Made by a program: the position numbers and the translations under genes. A stretch of 48,578 nt of DNA from the NCBI GenBank assembly GCA_047621685.1, contig JBLHNG010000004.1, positions 1-48,578 on the forward strand, written 5' to 3'. A model generated the notes under the pieces. It was given only the letters and a program-made list of their open reading frames with translations. It had not been told where the DNA came from and did no database searches. The stretch is from Myxococcota bacterium (GTDB lineage: Bacteria; Myxococcota_A; UBA796). Positions 19,388-28,291 of the stretch are shown piece after piece; position 1 is the first letter of the stretch, and every line of letters starts with the position of its first letter.

Positions 19388-21414
19388 TCACTCGCTCCCT
19401 GATCCACCTTGAAGGTGTACCGACAGGTCTTTTCGGGGACAGACTCGATGGTCGATCGAGCGGTGCTGTCTGCCTTGATCTTCGTTCGATAGACCCCGGC
19501 TGGCAGGCCGACCAGCTCCAGCTCTCCGGTGCCGTCCCAGGACTGCTCGAACTCACCGGTGGAGGCATTGAGCTTCACGCTCTGGACGGCACCCTCGACC
19601 TTGAGGATGACGGTCCCGGCATCGGGACCGACCACACCAAGCTCGATGCGCTGCCCGGGGATGCCCTCGATCGCCGGAGCGGCGACATCGGGTGGGGTCT
19701 CGGGCTGGGGATTGGTGGTGTTGGGCTTGCTGAACACCTTCAGCGCGACCACCGTGGCACCACCGCCAAACACCAACATCAGCAGCAGACCGAGCAGGAT
19801 CCACTTCCCCATTCCGCCACCGCTTGAAGGCTCCGGCTTTGGAGACTTCGGGGGAGCGGTACGGTCCGAGGATGGGGCCACGGCACCAGGGCCTGTGGGC
19901 TTGTTGCCAATGCTTGGGGAGATGGTCTGGTTGAACAGCTTCGCCGGGGGCGGCGGGGCGGCGGCCGGCTCCGGAGGGGGCTCGATGATCGTCGCCGCGG
20001 TCGGATCCGCGAACACCGGCACGGATGACTCGGGAAGCAGCGGCAGGACGGGCTCTGGCTGGGCGAACGCTGGCTGGGCGAACGCTGGCTGGGCGGGCTC
20101 CGACTGGGCGGGCTCCGACTGGGCGGGCTCCGACTGGGCGGGCAGCGGCGGCTGGGCGGGCAGCGGCGGCTGGGCGGGCTCAAGCGACTCGACAGGCACA
20201 CCGGGTCCAGGCACGGACATGCTCGGATCGATCGGGGCGTCCTCGAAGGCCATCGTGGAAGATGCCGGGGGAGCCGGCTCTGCTGGCGCGGTGTCTGCAG
20301 GCGTCGCGGCAACAACGGGCGGATCCGAGGTGTGGATTGAGCCCTCTACGAAGCCCCCAGAAGATGCCGGATCCGCAACGGAGGGTGGCTCCGCCTCGGC
20401 GGGGTCCATGGTCCAGTCCCCGTTGATCCCGGAGATGTCCTCGAACAGGGTGCTGCCAGCAAGGGGATCGACCGGGCCATCGGCGCTGATGAGTCGATCC
20501 CGGCACGGGGTGACGACCTCACGACAGAACCGCCGGAGGGAGCCGTCGTAGATCTCTTCAGAGAGGGCCTCCATGAGCTCAAGGGCCTGCCGGGCGTCTG
20601 GACGCTCGGTGGCCTCGTACTTCAGGAGGAGGTCGAGGGTCTGGCGGACCTGGTTGGCCCGGGTCTCGTCGAGATCGGACACATCGAGCTTTGCCATGCG
20701 CTCAATGTGGCTCTCGTCGTAGCGCTCCGGGCGGATGTGGATCTTGCCGAACGGCTCCAGGGTCAGCAGCTCGTAGAGTGTGACGCCGAGGGAGAAGATG
20801 TCGCCGGAGGGGGCGTCTGGATCACCGAGGAGGCGCTCGGGGGCCATGTAGGCCTGGGAACCAAACGCCAGGGCCTGGGTCTGGGCCTCGCGGTTCTCGA
20901 AGCGGGCCTGGGCGGTGCCGAAGTCGAGGACCTTGATGTCACCGGCTGCGGTCACCATGACGTTGCTGGGCTTGATGTCGCGGTGGATCAGGTTCAGGGG
21001 CTGACCGCCGCGCAGGGGCTCGCGGTAGTACGCCGCCTCCAGGGCCGATGCGGTGGCCGCGATCACCTCGAAGCAGACCCGACGTGGGATCGGCACCCCT
21101 GTCTCGGCGCTGTAGTTGATCAGCGACTTCAGATCGACACCGTCGAGGTACTCCATGATGACGGCGCACTGGCCGTTGAGGGAGGTGAGATCCTCGACCC
21201 GGATGATGTTGCGGTGGTGGAGCAGCCCCAGCACCCGGGCTTCATCGCGAGAGCGCTGGACGATCTCCTGGTGACCAAGCCACTTTCCATGGAGCAGCTT
21301 GATGGCAACGACGCTGGAGAAGTTGTTGTCGGTGACCATCTCCGCCATATACACCTTCCCGAAGGTTCCTTCGGAAAGCTGCTTCAGGAAGCGAAATCGC
21401 CGACGTGGCTCCAT
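19366..21414 (-). CDS. Membrane-anchored Hanks-type Ser/Thr protein kinase
   Basis: SEGTFGKVY, VAIK, HRDIKPSN, DFG, YMAPE, DIFSLG; Pro-rich linker; TM WILLGLLLMLVFGGGATVVAL; extracytoplasmic beta domain; start placed at MEPRRRF. Confidence 0.93.
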   Translation of the reverse strand: MEPRRRFRFLKQLSEGTFGKVYMAEMVTDNNFSSVVAIKLLHGKWLGHQEIVQRSRDEARVLGLLHHRNIIRVEDLTSLNGQCAVIMEYLDGVDLKSLINYSAETGVPIPRRVCFEVIAATASALEAAYYREPLRGGQPLNLIHRDIKPSNVMVTAAGDIKVLDFGTAQARFENREAQTQALAFGSQAYMAPERLLGDPDAPSGDIFSLGVTLYELLTLEPFGKIHIRPERYDESHIERMAKLDVSDLDETRANQVRQTLDLLLKYEATERPDARQALELMEALSEEIYDGSLRRFCREVVTPCRDRLISADGPVDPLAGSTLFEDISGINGDWTMDPAEAEPPSVADPASSGGFVEGSIHTSDPPVVAATPADTAPAEPAPPASSTMAFEDAPIDPSMSVPGPGVPVESLEPAQPPLPAQPPLPAQSEPAQSEPAQSEPAQPAFAQPAFAQPEPVLPLLPESSVPVFADPTAATIIEPPPEPAAAPPPPAKLFNQTISPSIGNKPTGPGAVAPSSDRTAPPKSPKPEPSSGGGMGKWILLGLLLMLVFGGGATVVALKVFSKPNTTNPQPETPPDVAAPAIEGIPGQRIELGVVGPDAGTVILKVEGAVQSVKLNASTGEFEQSWDGTGELELVGLPAGVYRTKIKADSTARSTIESVPEKTCRYTFKVDQGASEWESDCE
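20056..20181. repeat. Mixed 15/18-bp tandem repeats in the kinase linker
   Basis: Encodes (PAQPPL)2 (PAQSE)3 PAQ (PAFAQ)2 on the minus strand. Confidence 0.8.
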
Positions 21415-21790
21415 GATCGCGCTGGCTCCAGTTTGTGTCCTCAGGGGAGGACGCGCTGGCAGACTATATCGCATTCAGGGTCCAGTTGACGTTCCCCCAC
21501 AGATCGGAGTCAGCGCTGTGCCGGGGCTACTCGTCCGGGGTGCAGTGCAGCCAGCCGGCTTCCAGCTCCACCGTCCCTGAGGTGCCGTCGCAAAACCAGC
21601 ACGACTGGTCCCGACTGTCGACGAAGCCAAGCTGTGCGGTGCCCTCTGGTGGGGCTCGCCATCAAAGAAGGTCACCGGGGCTTGTCAGGCTGAGGACGAG
21701 GATGATGACGTGCTGTCGGCGCATCTGAGCTCCGATTCGAGGGACGGTCGTCACTGAAGCATGCTGGACCGAGAAGCCGTCTTGGGACAC

Positions 21791-22495
21791 TCACTCGCAG
21801 ATGCCACCGTCTCCCCGGGCCAGCTCAATGGTGAGGTGCATGAGGGCGAAGTACTCCACCAGCCGCTCCTCGATTCCCGGGTGGTCCTCCTTGACCTTGT
21901 CCCAGGACCACCGGCTCAGGGTCGTCGCACCCCAGGGGGAGTTGCCCTGGATGAGGGTCTCCTCGTTGAGGGTGAAGATGGACGCGATGGCCATGAGGGT
22001 GGAGTCTGGCTCGGCTGGGCGAGCGAGGTCGGCGGTCTCATAGACCCGCTGGATCGGCGCAGTCCTGGTCCATTCTTGTCGGCGGAGGCTGGAGACCTCC
22101 AGCAGGCTGACGGTCTGGCGCTTCTCCCCTTCCTGCTCGACGAGAAACTCCAGGCCGCCGTAGCGGGGGCGGCGCTGGCGTGTGCTTCCGCAGAGGGCAT
22201 CGGCCATGGCGCTGGACTCATCGGCAGAGCGCAGGAAGCCATAGAGCCGGTCGGGGTCGAGCTTGTCGATCCGGGCGACCGCTCGGTCCGCCATCGCCTC
22301 GTCCATGCCAAACGCCATGAAGTTGTCTTTTCGCTCCGAGACGCTGTACTGCATGTCGTGGTGGGGATCGGTCTTCTTCTGATCCTCCCGAAGCTCGGAC
22401 TCGCTCTTGGTGATCTCTTCGTTGACGATGATGTAGGAGCTGGTCGAGACTGCGGTGACGAACGCCCCGAAGACCATCCAGGTTCGCAGGCTCAT
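21791..22495 (-). CDS. Hypothetical protein with N-terminal membrane anchor
   Basis: N-terminal hydrophobic segment WMVFGAFVTAVSTSSYIIV; starts 3 bp after the transglycosylase stop. Confidence 0.75.
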   Translation of the reverse strand: MSLRTWMVFGAFVTAVSTSSYIIVNEEITKSESELREDQKKTDPHHDMQYSVSERKDNFMAFGMDEAMADRAVARIDKLDPDRLYGFLRSADESSAMADALCGSTRQRRPRYGGLEFLVEQEGEKRQTVSLLEVSSLRRQEWTRTAPIQRVYETADLARPAEPDSTLMAIASIFTLNEETLIQGNSPWGATTLSRWSWDKVKEDHPGIEERLVEYFALMHLTIELARGDGGICE

Positions 22496-22498
22496 GCT

Positions 22499-24106
22499 CT
22501 AAAGCTCCGGAACGTTGATGTCCTGACAGTAGCCGTCACCGAGCCAGTAGTCCTGCCAGGACTTCGGGAAGTCCGAGGGGAAGTGCTTGGCGTAGAAGCA
22601 GACCGCGAGGAGGTGCTGGGCGACGATGCTGTAGCCATAGTGCTGGGTCTGGTTCGGGATGAGCCCGCCGCAGGTCGAGCTGTAGAACTTGGCAACGTGG
22701 GGGTCGTTGACGGTCGGATCGCAGAGGATGTTGGCGCCGTAGTAGTCCGGCGCCCGCTCCTGGTTGGTGCGCTTGAGGTGGCGACCATAGGCGGTGAGCA
22801 TGTTGAGGCCTCGGGGCCGGCCGCCGTCATGGACCGAGTCGTCGAAGCCGGCGTTGTGGGACAGGATGGTGATCTGGACCGCAGAGCCGGACTCCTGGGT
22901 GGTGGGGTGATCCCAGGCCTCACGCAGCAGGTTGATTGCGCCGTCGGTGCTGCGGGCGAGATCCTGGCGTTCGTCGACCACGCAGCCCCTCTTCAGAAGG
23001 CAGACCGCAGATCCGGTCTCTGCGTTGTAGCTGACATACTCCGCGTTTTTTAGCACGCCCCTGGGCACGTAGTCCTTCGTCGGACTCCAGGTCCCGGTGC
23101 GCAGCTTGCACTCGCTGATCTCCAGGCCGACCCGGCGGCCAGTCTCCGGCATGAACTGCCACCAGCCCTCCGCACAGACCGGCGAGGTGATGCGGGAGCG
23201 GTAGCCGGACTCCCGATAGGGGATCGCGGCGAACACGGTCGGCAGCTCTGCCTTGGTGAGCTGCTCGGTGACATAGGCGTAGTCCTCGTGGATCTCACCG
23301 AGCCTCGACCAGAAGCTCCGGGCGCTAGCGTGCTGCTTCATCGAGAAGACGACGTACTTAAAGAAGATGTCGTCCCGGCGGGCTGTGCTGTGCAGCTCAT
23401 CCCACTCTGCCGCCTGGGCATTGGGGGAGACCACGAAGGCGTCAAATGCTCCCGTCATCCCGGTCAGCAGGGTCTGCTCGATGGTGTTGACCTCCTCGAT
23501 CTTGACCACATCGTAGGACTCCTTGCCCTCTTCCACCGGCCCCAGCGCGATGCGATCAGGGCGGAGGATCTCAACGGCGGGAATGGCGAGGCCGACGACG
23601 GTGAGCATCGCGACGATCAGCGAGGCGGGGATGAGCCAGCGGGGCACGCCGCCCTGGGTGTCGAGGGACTCGATGCGGATCGGCTGCACACCGTTGCTGC
23701 TCTGGGCGGCTTCCGAGAGGATCTGCCGCTGCTCCCAGACGCCCAGCCGGCGGCACTCCATGAACGAGATGGTCGCCCCTCGACCCGGGGCACCGAGGTG
23801 GAAGACGTCTCCGGGAGACAGGTGGACCGGGCCACGGAGGGTCTGAATTTCGGTCCAGTCGACGCTCTCATGGGGTGCGACCCGGACCTGGTTGGTGCCG
23901 ACCGGAGCGATGGCGACGGTGCCGCCATCGTAGGCCGTGATCACCGCCTGTCGGTTGTCGAGGCCGCGGTAGCCATCCAGCAGCAGTCCGCCAGGGCCGG
24001 GGCTCGCCCCCATCCGGACCACCGGGCCGCGGCACACGATGTCTCCCTGGTAGGACAGCGGTCCGCCGAGAAACCGCAGCACGACGTCCCACCGCTCCTG
24101 ACTCAT
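22499..24106 (-). CDS. FHA-like / TM / MltD-type lytic transglycosylase fusion
   Basis: SLT motifs AIPYRESGY (catalytic Glu), AEGWWQFMPETG, VDERQD, ILSHNAG; central TM; N-terminal beta domain VVRMGA...DNRQAVI...GTNQVRV...LSPGDVFHLG resembling a degenerate FHA. Confidence 0.8.
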   Translation of the reverse strand: MSQERWDVVLRFLGGPLSYQGDIVCRGPVVRMGASPGPGGLLLDGYRGLDNRQAVITAYDGGTVAIAPVGTNQVRVAPHESVDWTEIQTLRGPVHLSPGDVFHLGAPGRGATISFMECRRLGVWEQRQILSEAAQSSNGVQPIRIESLDTQGGVPRWLIPASLIVAMLTVVGLAIPAVEILRPDRIALGPVEEGKESYDVVKIEEVNTIEQTLLTGMTGAFDAFVVSPNAQAAEWDELHSTARRDDIFFKYVVFSMKQHASARSFWSRLGEIHEDYAYVTEQLTKAELPTVFAAIPYRESGYRSRITSPVCAEGWWQFMPETGRRVGLEISECKLRTGTWSPTKDYVPRGVLKNAEYVSYNAETGSAVCLLKRGCVVDERQDLARSTDGAINLLREAWDHPTTQESGSAVQITILSHNAGFDDSVHDGGRPRGLNMLTAYGRHLKRTNQERAPDYYGANILCDPTVNDPHVAKFYSSTCGGLIPNQTQHYGYSIVAQHLLAVCFYAKHFPSDFPKSWQDYWLGDGYCQDINVPEL

Positions 24107-24119
24107 GACTTCTCCCTAC

Positions 24120-26669
24120 TCACGACTTCGCCTTCTGCTGCAACATCAGCCGGAGCAGGCCAGTGCCGCTGTAGACATCAGCGAGGATGCTGTAGTTCGA
24201 CAGCGCGACATCATCAGCGAGCAGCTCCCAGTCACCGGCGGGCAGCGACAGCCACGCCGCGAGGTGGTCGATGAGGCTCACCGCTGGCACCGCGAGCCCA
24301 ACCGGCGCGACGAACCGCACCGGGGCCTCGCCACCAATGACCGAGATGTCTGCATGGAGGATGGTGTTGGGGATGTGGCGGAGGGTGTAGGTCTGCTTGT
24401 CGTCGAGGTCGGCCATGCGCTGACCGGGTGCGACCGGGGTCTCGCGGAGGGAGAGGCGATACCAGCCGGAGATCCGACCGGTGAGATCGGTACGCACCGG
24501 GATGATGTTGCCCAGCATCCAGGCGATGGCTTCGGAGACGGTGGCCGACAGCGGCAGCCGCATGCGCAGGGTCCGGCCGCTGGGTCCGCGTCGGATGTTG
24601 AACGACCCCACCCCGTCCCGCCCAGAGGCGGTGGTGATGCTGTCGGGCGGACGATCCAGAGATGCCGCAGCGACAAAGTCAGTCTGACCGGCGACCGCTG
24701 CCGCAGCCCTGGGGAGCGAGGGCACGGAGACGGCAGGGACTGCAACCTCAGGACGTGCCGGAGCAGGCTCGGGTGCCGCGACTCGTCTGTTGGAGGCCGG
24801 AGTCTCGGACACCGGGGCAGAAGCGGTCTTCACCGGGGGCTTTGCGAGGGGCTTCTTCGAGGCCGACTTCGCAGTCTTCGCCGTGGGCTTTGTCGCTGGC
24901 TTCGCTGGAGGCTTCTCAATGATTGGCGGAGGCTTCTCAATGATCGGCGGAGGCTTCTCAATGATCGGCGGAGGCTTCTCAATGATCGGCGGAGGCTTCT
25001 CAATGATCGGCGGAGGCTTCACCTCTGGTGGCTGCGGGCGGGGCACCGGGCCGGTCTCGGCGAGCCCTTCGCTGAGCGGCGGGGCGACCGGGCGCTCGAG
25101 CACCTCTGCACGACGGGGCGTGGAGAGGTTGGCGAGGCTGGCTTCGATGGAGCGAGAGATGATCGAGGCCTTCTCGCCACCCTCCTCGTTCAGCCCCCGC
25201 CGACGGGGCACCCGTCGGACCCGACCCGGCACGAAGCGGGGCTTGTCGGGGACCTCGGGGGTGATGTTCTTCTGGAAGTTGCTGTTCTTGCTAGAGCTGC
25301 CGAGGATGGACTGGATCACCCCTGCTGCGGAGCGTCGGTTCTCTTCGCGCTGGGTGAGCTTCTCGGGACTGACGTCCGGGGCAGATGCTCGAATCCGGGC
25401 CAGGAGGTCCGCTGCGTTGCCTCCGCTGCTGCGCACAACCTGGGCGGGCTCGATGTCCTCGACGCTGCTGGGCTCGGGCTCAGGCTGGGGTGGCATCCGG
25501 CGACGGGCTGGACGGGACCAGCGGGGCTTCTCGGGCTCCTCGGTGACCACAGCGACAGGCGGGACGACTGGAGGCGGGGTGGGCTGAGACGGCTCAGGCT
25601 CGGCAGCCGCGATCTCTTCAGGCTTGACGAGGCGCGGGGCTTTCCGGCGGGTGGAGCGGGCGGACGGGCTCCAGCTCTTGCGCTCTGGCTCCGGCTCGTC
25701 CTCGTCGAGCATGCCCTGGATCTGCTCTCGGGAGAGCATCTGGGTCTTCCCGCTCTCCAGGGCCTTGCCGATCCGGCGTCCCTGAGAGCTGACCCGATTC
25801 ATCAGGTCCATCAGCGAGCCGCCGGTGGCGTCCGGGCTGGAGATCACCCGGCGAACCTCATCGAGGTAGTCCTCGCCGGTCTCGAAGCGGTCCCCGATGT
25901 CTGGACGCAGGGCGCGGGTGAGCAGCTCGCAGACGCTGGTCGGCAGCTTGTCCCGAAAGCGGTAGAGCCGACGGCTGGTCTCGCCACGGGCTGCCTGCTG
26001 TCGGATGTCATCGACGAGGCCGTCATAGACCGGTCGGCCAGTCATCAGCTCAAACGCAATGAGGGAGAGCCCGAACAGGTCGCTGGTGAGGTTCTCCGGG
26101 GCGAATTCGATGCGCTCAGGAGGGCAGTAGCGGAAGGAGTCGACCCCGGGGATGCGCTTGTCGTCCTCGTGGAACTGGAGAATCTCGACCTGAGGCAGCG
26201 CATAGCCGATGATCTCGACCTGGCCGTCCTTCTTGAGCATGATCCGGCGTGGGGTGAGCCCACCGTGAGAGTAGATGCCGTCGCGCTCGCCCCGCTCGGC
26301 GGCCTCCGCGAGGATCTGAGCGGCGGAGTACATCAGCTCCAGCCCGGCGCGGACGTGGCCCTCGCTCTCGCCGATGTCCGCGAGGCTGCGAATGACCTCA
26401 GCGACCGACCAGCACTGCCCGGTGGGGTAGATGAACACGCCCTGGCTGCTGTCGCGCTCGACCAGCTCCGCGAGCCCGGTGACCAGCGGGGACTCCAGGA
26501 AGCCGACCACCACCTCCAGGGCCTCCCCGAGGGCGCGGTGACCACGGTACTCGGGGTGGAAGACGATGGCGGTGTGACGGAGCCCGTTGTCCGAGGTCAG
26601 CTCGATCAGATCCGATGCCGGGCCGGTCAGCTGACGTCCGGTCTCACTAAACCCAGCAATGCTGTCCAT
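24120..26669 (-). CDS. Ser/Thr pseudokinase with Pro-rich linker and two putative C-terminal ubiquitin-like domains
   Basis: Kinase C-lobe motifs YCPPE, SDLFGL, ELMTGRP, RF; HGGLTPRR replaces HRDxKPxN, GYA replaces DFG, no VAIK Lys; GGAG RBS before ATG 26669. Confidence 0.8.
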   Translation of the reverse strand: MDSIAGFSETGRQLTGPASDLIELTSDNGLRHTAIVFHPEYRGHRALGEALEVVVGFLESPLVTGLAELVERDSSQGVFIYPTGQCWSVAEVIRSLADIGESEGHVRAGLELMYSAAQILAEAAERGERDGIYSHGGLTPRRIMLKKDGQVEIIGYALPQVEILQFHEDDKRIPGVDSFRYCPPERIEFAPENLTSDLFGLSLIAFELMTGRPVYDGLVDDIRQQAARGETSRRLYRFRDKLPTSVCELLTRALRPDIGDRFETGEDYLDEVRRVISSPDATGGSLMDLMNRVSSQGRRIGKALESGKTQMLSREQIQGMLDEDEPEPERKSWSPSARSTRRKAPRLVKPEEIAAAEPEPSQPTPPPVVPPVAVVTEEPEKPRWSRPARRRMPPQPEPEPSSVEDIEPAQVVRSSGGNAADLLARIRASAPDVSPEKLTQREENRRSAAGVIQSILGSSSKNSNFQKNITPEVPDKPRFVPGRVRRVPRRRGLNEEGGEKASIISRSIEASLANLSTPRRAEVLERPVAPPLSEGLAETGPVPRPQPPEVKPPPIIEKPPPIIEKPPPIIEKPPPIIEKPPPIIEKPPAKPATKPTAKTAKSASKKPLAKPPVKTASAPVSETPASNRRVAAPEPAPARPEVAVPAVSVPSLPRAAAAVAGQTDFVAAASLDRPPDSITTASGRDGVGSFNIRRGPSGRTLRMRLPLSATVSEAIAWMLGNIIPVRTDLTGRISGWYRLSLRETPVAPGQRMADLDDKQTYTLRHIPNTILHADISVIGGEAPVRFVAPVGLAVPAVSLIDHLAAWLSLPAGDWELLADDVALSNYSILADVYSGTGLLRLMLQQKAKS
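24907..25020. repeat. About 5.4 x 21-bp tandem repeat encoding (KPPPIIE)5
   Basis: GGAGGCTTCTCAATGATCGGC unit, one variant copy, no spacers. Confidence 0.92.
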
Positions 26670-26731
26670 CCCCACTCCCCTCTCCAATCCCCAATCCCCT
26701 CAACCGACAAGGCCGTTGATATCATACGCCT

Positions 26732-28291
26732 GTGCAGTCTGGACTCAGCCATCGCAAAGACCGTCGCCCGGATGCCCTCAAGGATCTCAACGAGGAGCTG
26801 CAGAAGCAGAACGACCGGGAACTGGAGCACCTGGAGGAAGGCCAGGAGCTGTCTGCTGAGCAGACCGCGACCCTCCAACCGCAGGTCGGCAACCAGGCCA
26901 TCCTCAACCTGCTCAACCGCCTATCCAGCGCCTCCAGCTCCATCTCCAACGTCGAGTTTGAAGAGGAGCAGGAGGAAGAGGAGATCCAGGAGCAGGAGGA
27001 GGATCTTGAGTCCGATATGGAGCTTCGCCACCTCGGCGGCGGGGGCGGCGGAGGGGGCGGAGGGTCCGCCGGGAATCCCTGGGAGGTCGGGCACCTGTTC
27101 GGCGGAGAAGACGACAATCCGACCGGTGCGCCGCAGCGCCCCCGTCGGCGGAGCACCGCACGGCGCGAAGACGGAGAGATCGAGGATCCATTCGCGGAGG
27201 AGTACCCCGACGCCCTCTCCAGCGAAGATCTCACCGGGATCGATGCCGCCCTCGGTCCGATCGCCTCGCGCTCCGATCAGCCCCGCTGGGGAGACGCCCG
27301 CTACGAGGCAGTCGAGGGCGCGCTGCTGGATCCGGCGCGGCTGGGGCGGGCGGTGCTGACCCCGGAGTCCCTCATCGGGTACAGCGGTCCGAAGGATCCC
27401 CTCGGTCGTGCTGCGGAGATCGGCCGCTTCCTCTCCGCACTGGATGCAGAAGCCCCCATCGCGGCGCTGCTTGTCGGTCCGGCCCCGTCGCTGATGACCG
27501 CAGCCTCAGGCTACGCGGGGGCTGCGGCAAGGCTGGCCTGCCTCGCGGTGTGCGCGGAGGCTGCGGAGGGCGGAGAGCGGGACACCGACGCAGCGGTCGC
27601 GCTGGCGCTGATTCGGGATGCCTGGCCCACAGCAGTGGATGCCGCCCGGGACGCCGCACGCCGGGGGCGCCTGCATGCACCGCTGATTGTGGCGATGGTC
27701 CTCGGGGAGCCGGAGTCCCTGCCCGGCGCACACGCCCGCCTCGGTCCAGCCAACCTGCTCGGCGGTCTGGCGCTGGAGCGGGTGCTGCCGGAGGGCTTCA
27801 TCCCCACCATCCCCTCCCTCGACTTCACCCCGCCGCCAGCCCCGCCGATCTTCAACGACGCACTCGCCGCTGCAGACGCGGTGCTCGCTCGAATGACCGG
27901 AGGGCTCGATCCGCTGGATCCTCCGACCCCGCCGACCCTCACCGCAGAGTCGCTCCAGCCGATCCTCGCGGCCGCCAATGCCCTGATGTCCGCCATGGGC
28001 AAGGCGCAGGTTGAGGCTGCTGCAGCGGCGATCGCGGTGCGACAGATCCGCAGCGATGCCCCGATCCGCAGCCCCCTGGCCCACACCGATCGGGCGCTTC
28101 GTGAGCTGGCCCGGGGCGTCATCAAGGCCGGACGAAGCCTGGAGAAGAACCAGGGCAAGTCGCTGATGCAGGCCCGAGAGCCCGCAGAGCGTGCGGTCAT
28201 CGCCCTCCGAGACAGCGCCGCGGCCCTCGCCGCGCTGCGCAGCTGGGTGTTTGCCACCCTCGCAGGCGCGCTCCATGCGAAGGCCGCGTGA
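26732..28291 (+). CDS. Hypothetical protein, candidate CIS cargo (N-terminal LQxxxGNQA motif)
   Basis: LQPQVGNQAILNLL; poly-Glu and Gly10 tracts; Ala-rich helical C-terminal part; GTG start uncertain. Confidence 0.7.
   Translation: MQSGLSHRKDRRPDALKDLNEELQKQNDRELEHLEEGQELSAEQTATLQPQVGNQAILNLLNRLSSASSSISNVEFEEEQEEEEIQEQEEDLESDMELRHLGGGGGGGGGGSAGNPWEVGHLFGGEDDNPTGAPQRPRRRSTARREDGEIEDPFAEEYPDALSSEDLTGIDAALGPIASRSDQPRWGDARYEAVEGALLDPARLGRAVLTPESLIGYSGPKDPLGRAAEIGRFLSALDAEAPIAALLVGPAPSLMTAASGYAGAAARLACLAVCAEAAEGGERDTDAAVALALIRDAWPTAVDAARDAARRGRLHAPLIVAMVLGEPESLPGAHARLGPANLLGGLALERVLPEGFIPTIPSLDFTPPPAPPIFNDALAAADAVLARMTGGLDPLDPPTPPTLTAESLQPILAAANALMSAMGKAQVEAAAAAIAVRQIRSDAPIRSPLAHTDRALRELARGVIKAGRSLEKNQGKSLMQAREPAERAVIALRDSAAALAALRSWVFATLAGALHAKAA

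Noticed and set aside
21527-21724. Selenocysteine recoding of the in-frame TGA
   Set aside because: Only a 4-bp hairpin follows, and the TGA is not in a redox-motif context.
24907-25020. 21-bp repeat as a possible CRISPR array
   Set aside because: Units are directly adjacent with no spacers, in frame within a CDS, and no cas genes are present.
24105-27359. 1084-aa plus-strand ORF, and similar long shadow ORFs such as 3011-4498, 13063-14478, 16035-17699, 33944-35623 and 36158-37912
   Set aside because: They lie antisense or out of frame to genes with clear family motifs; such open frames are expected at this GC content and carry no recognisable motifs.
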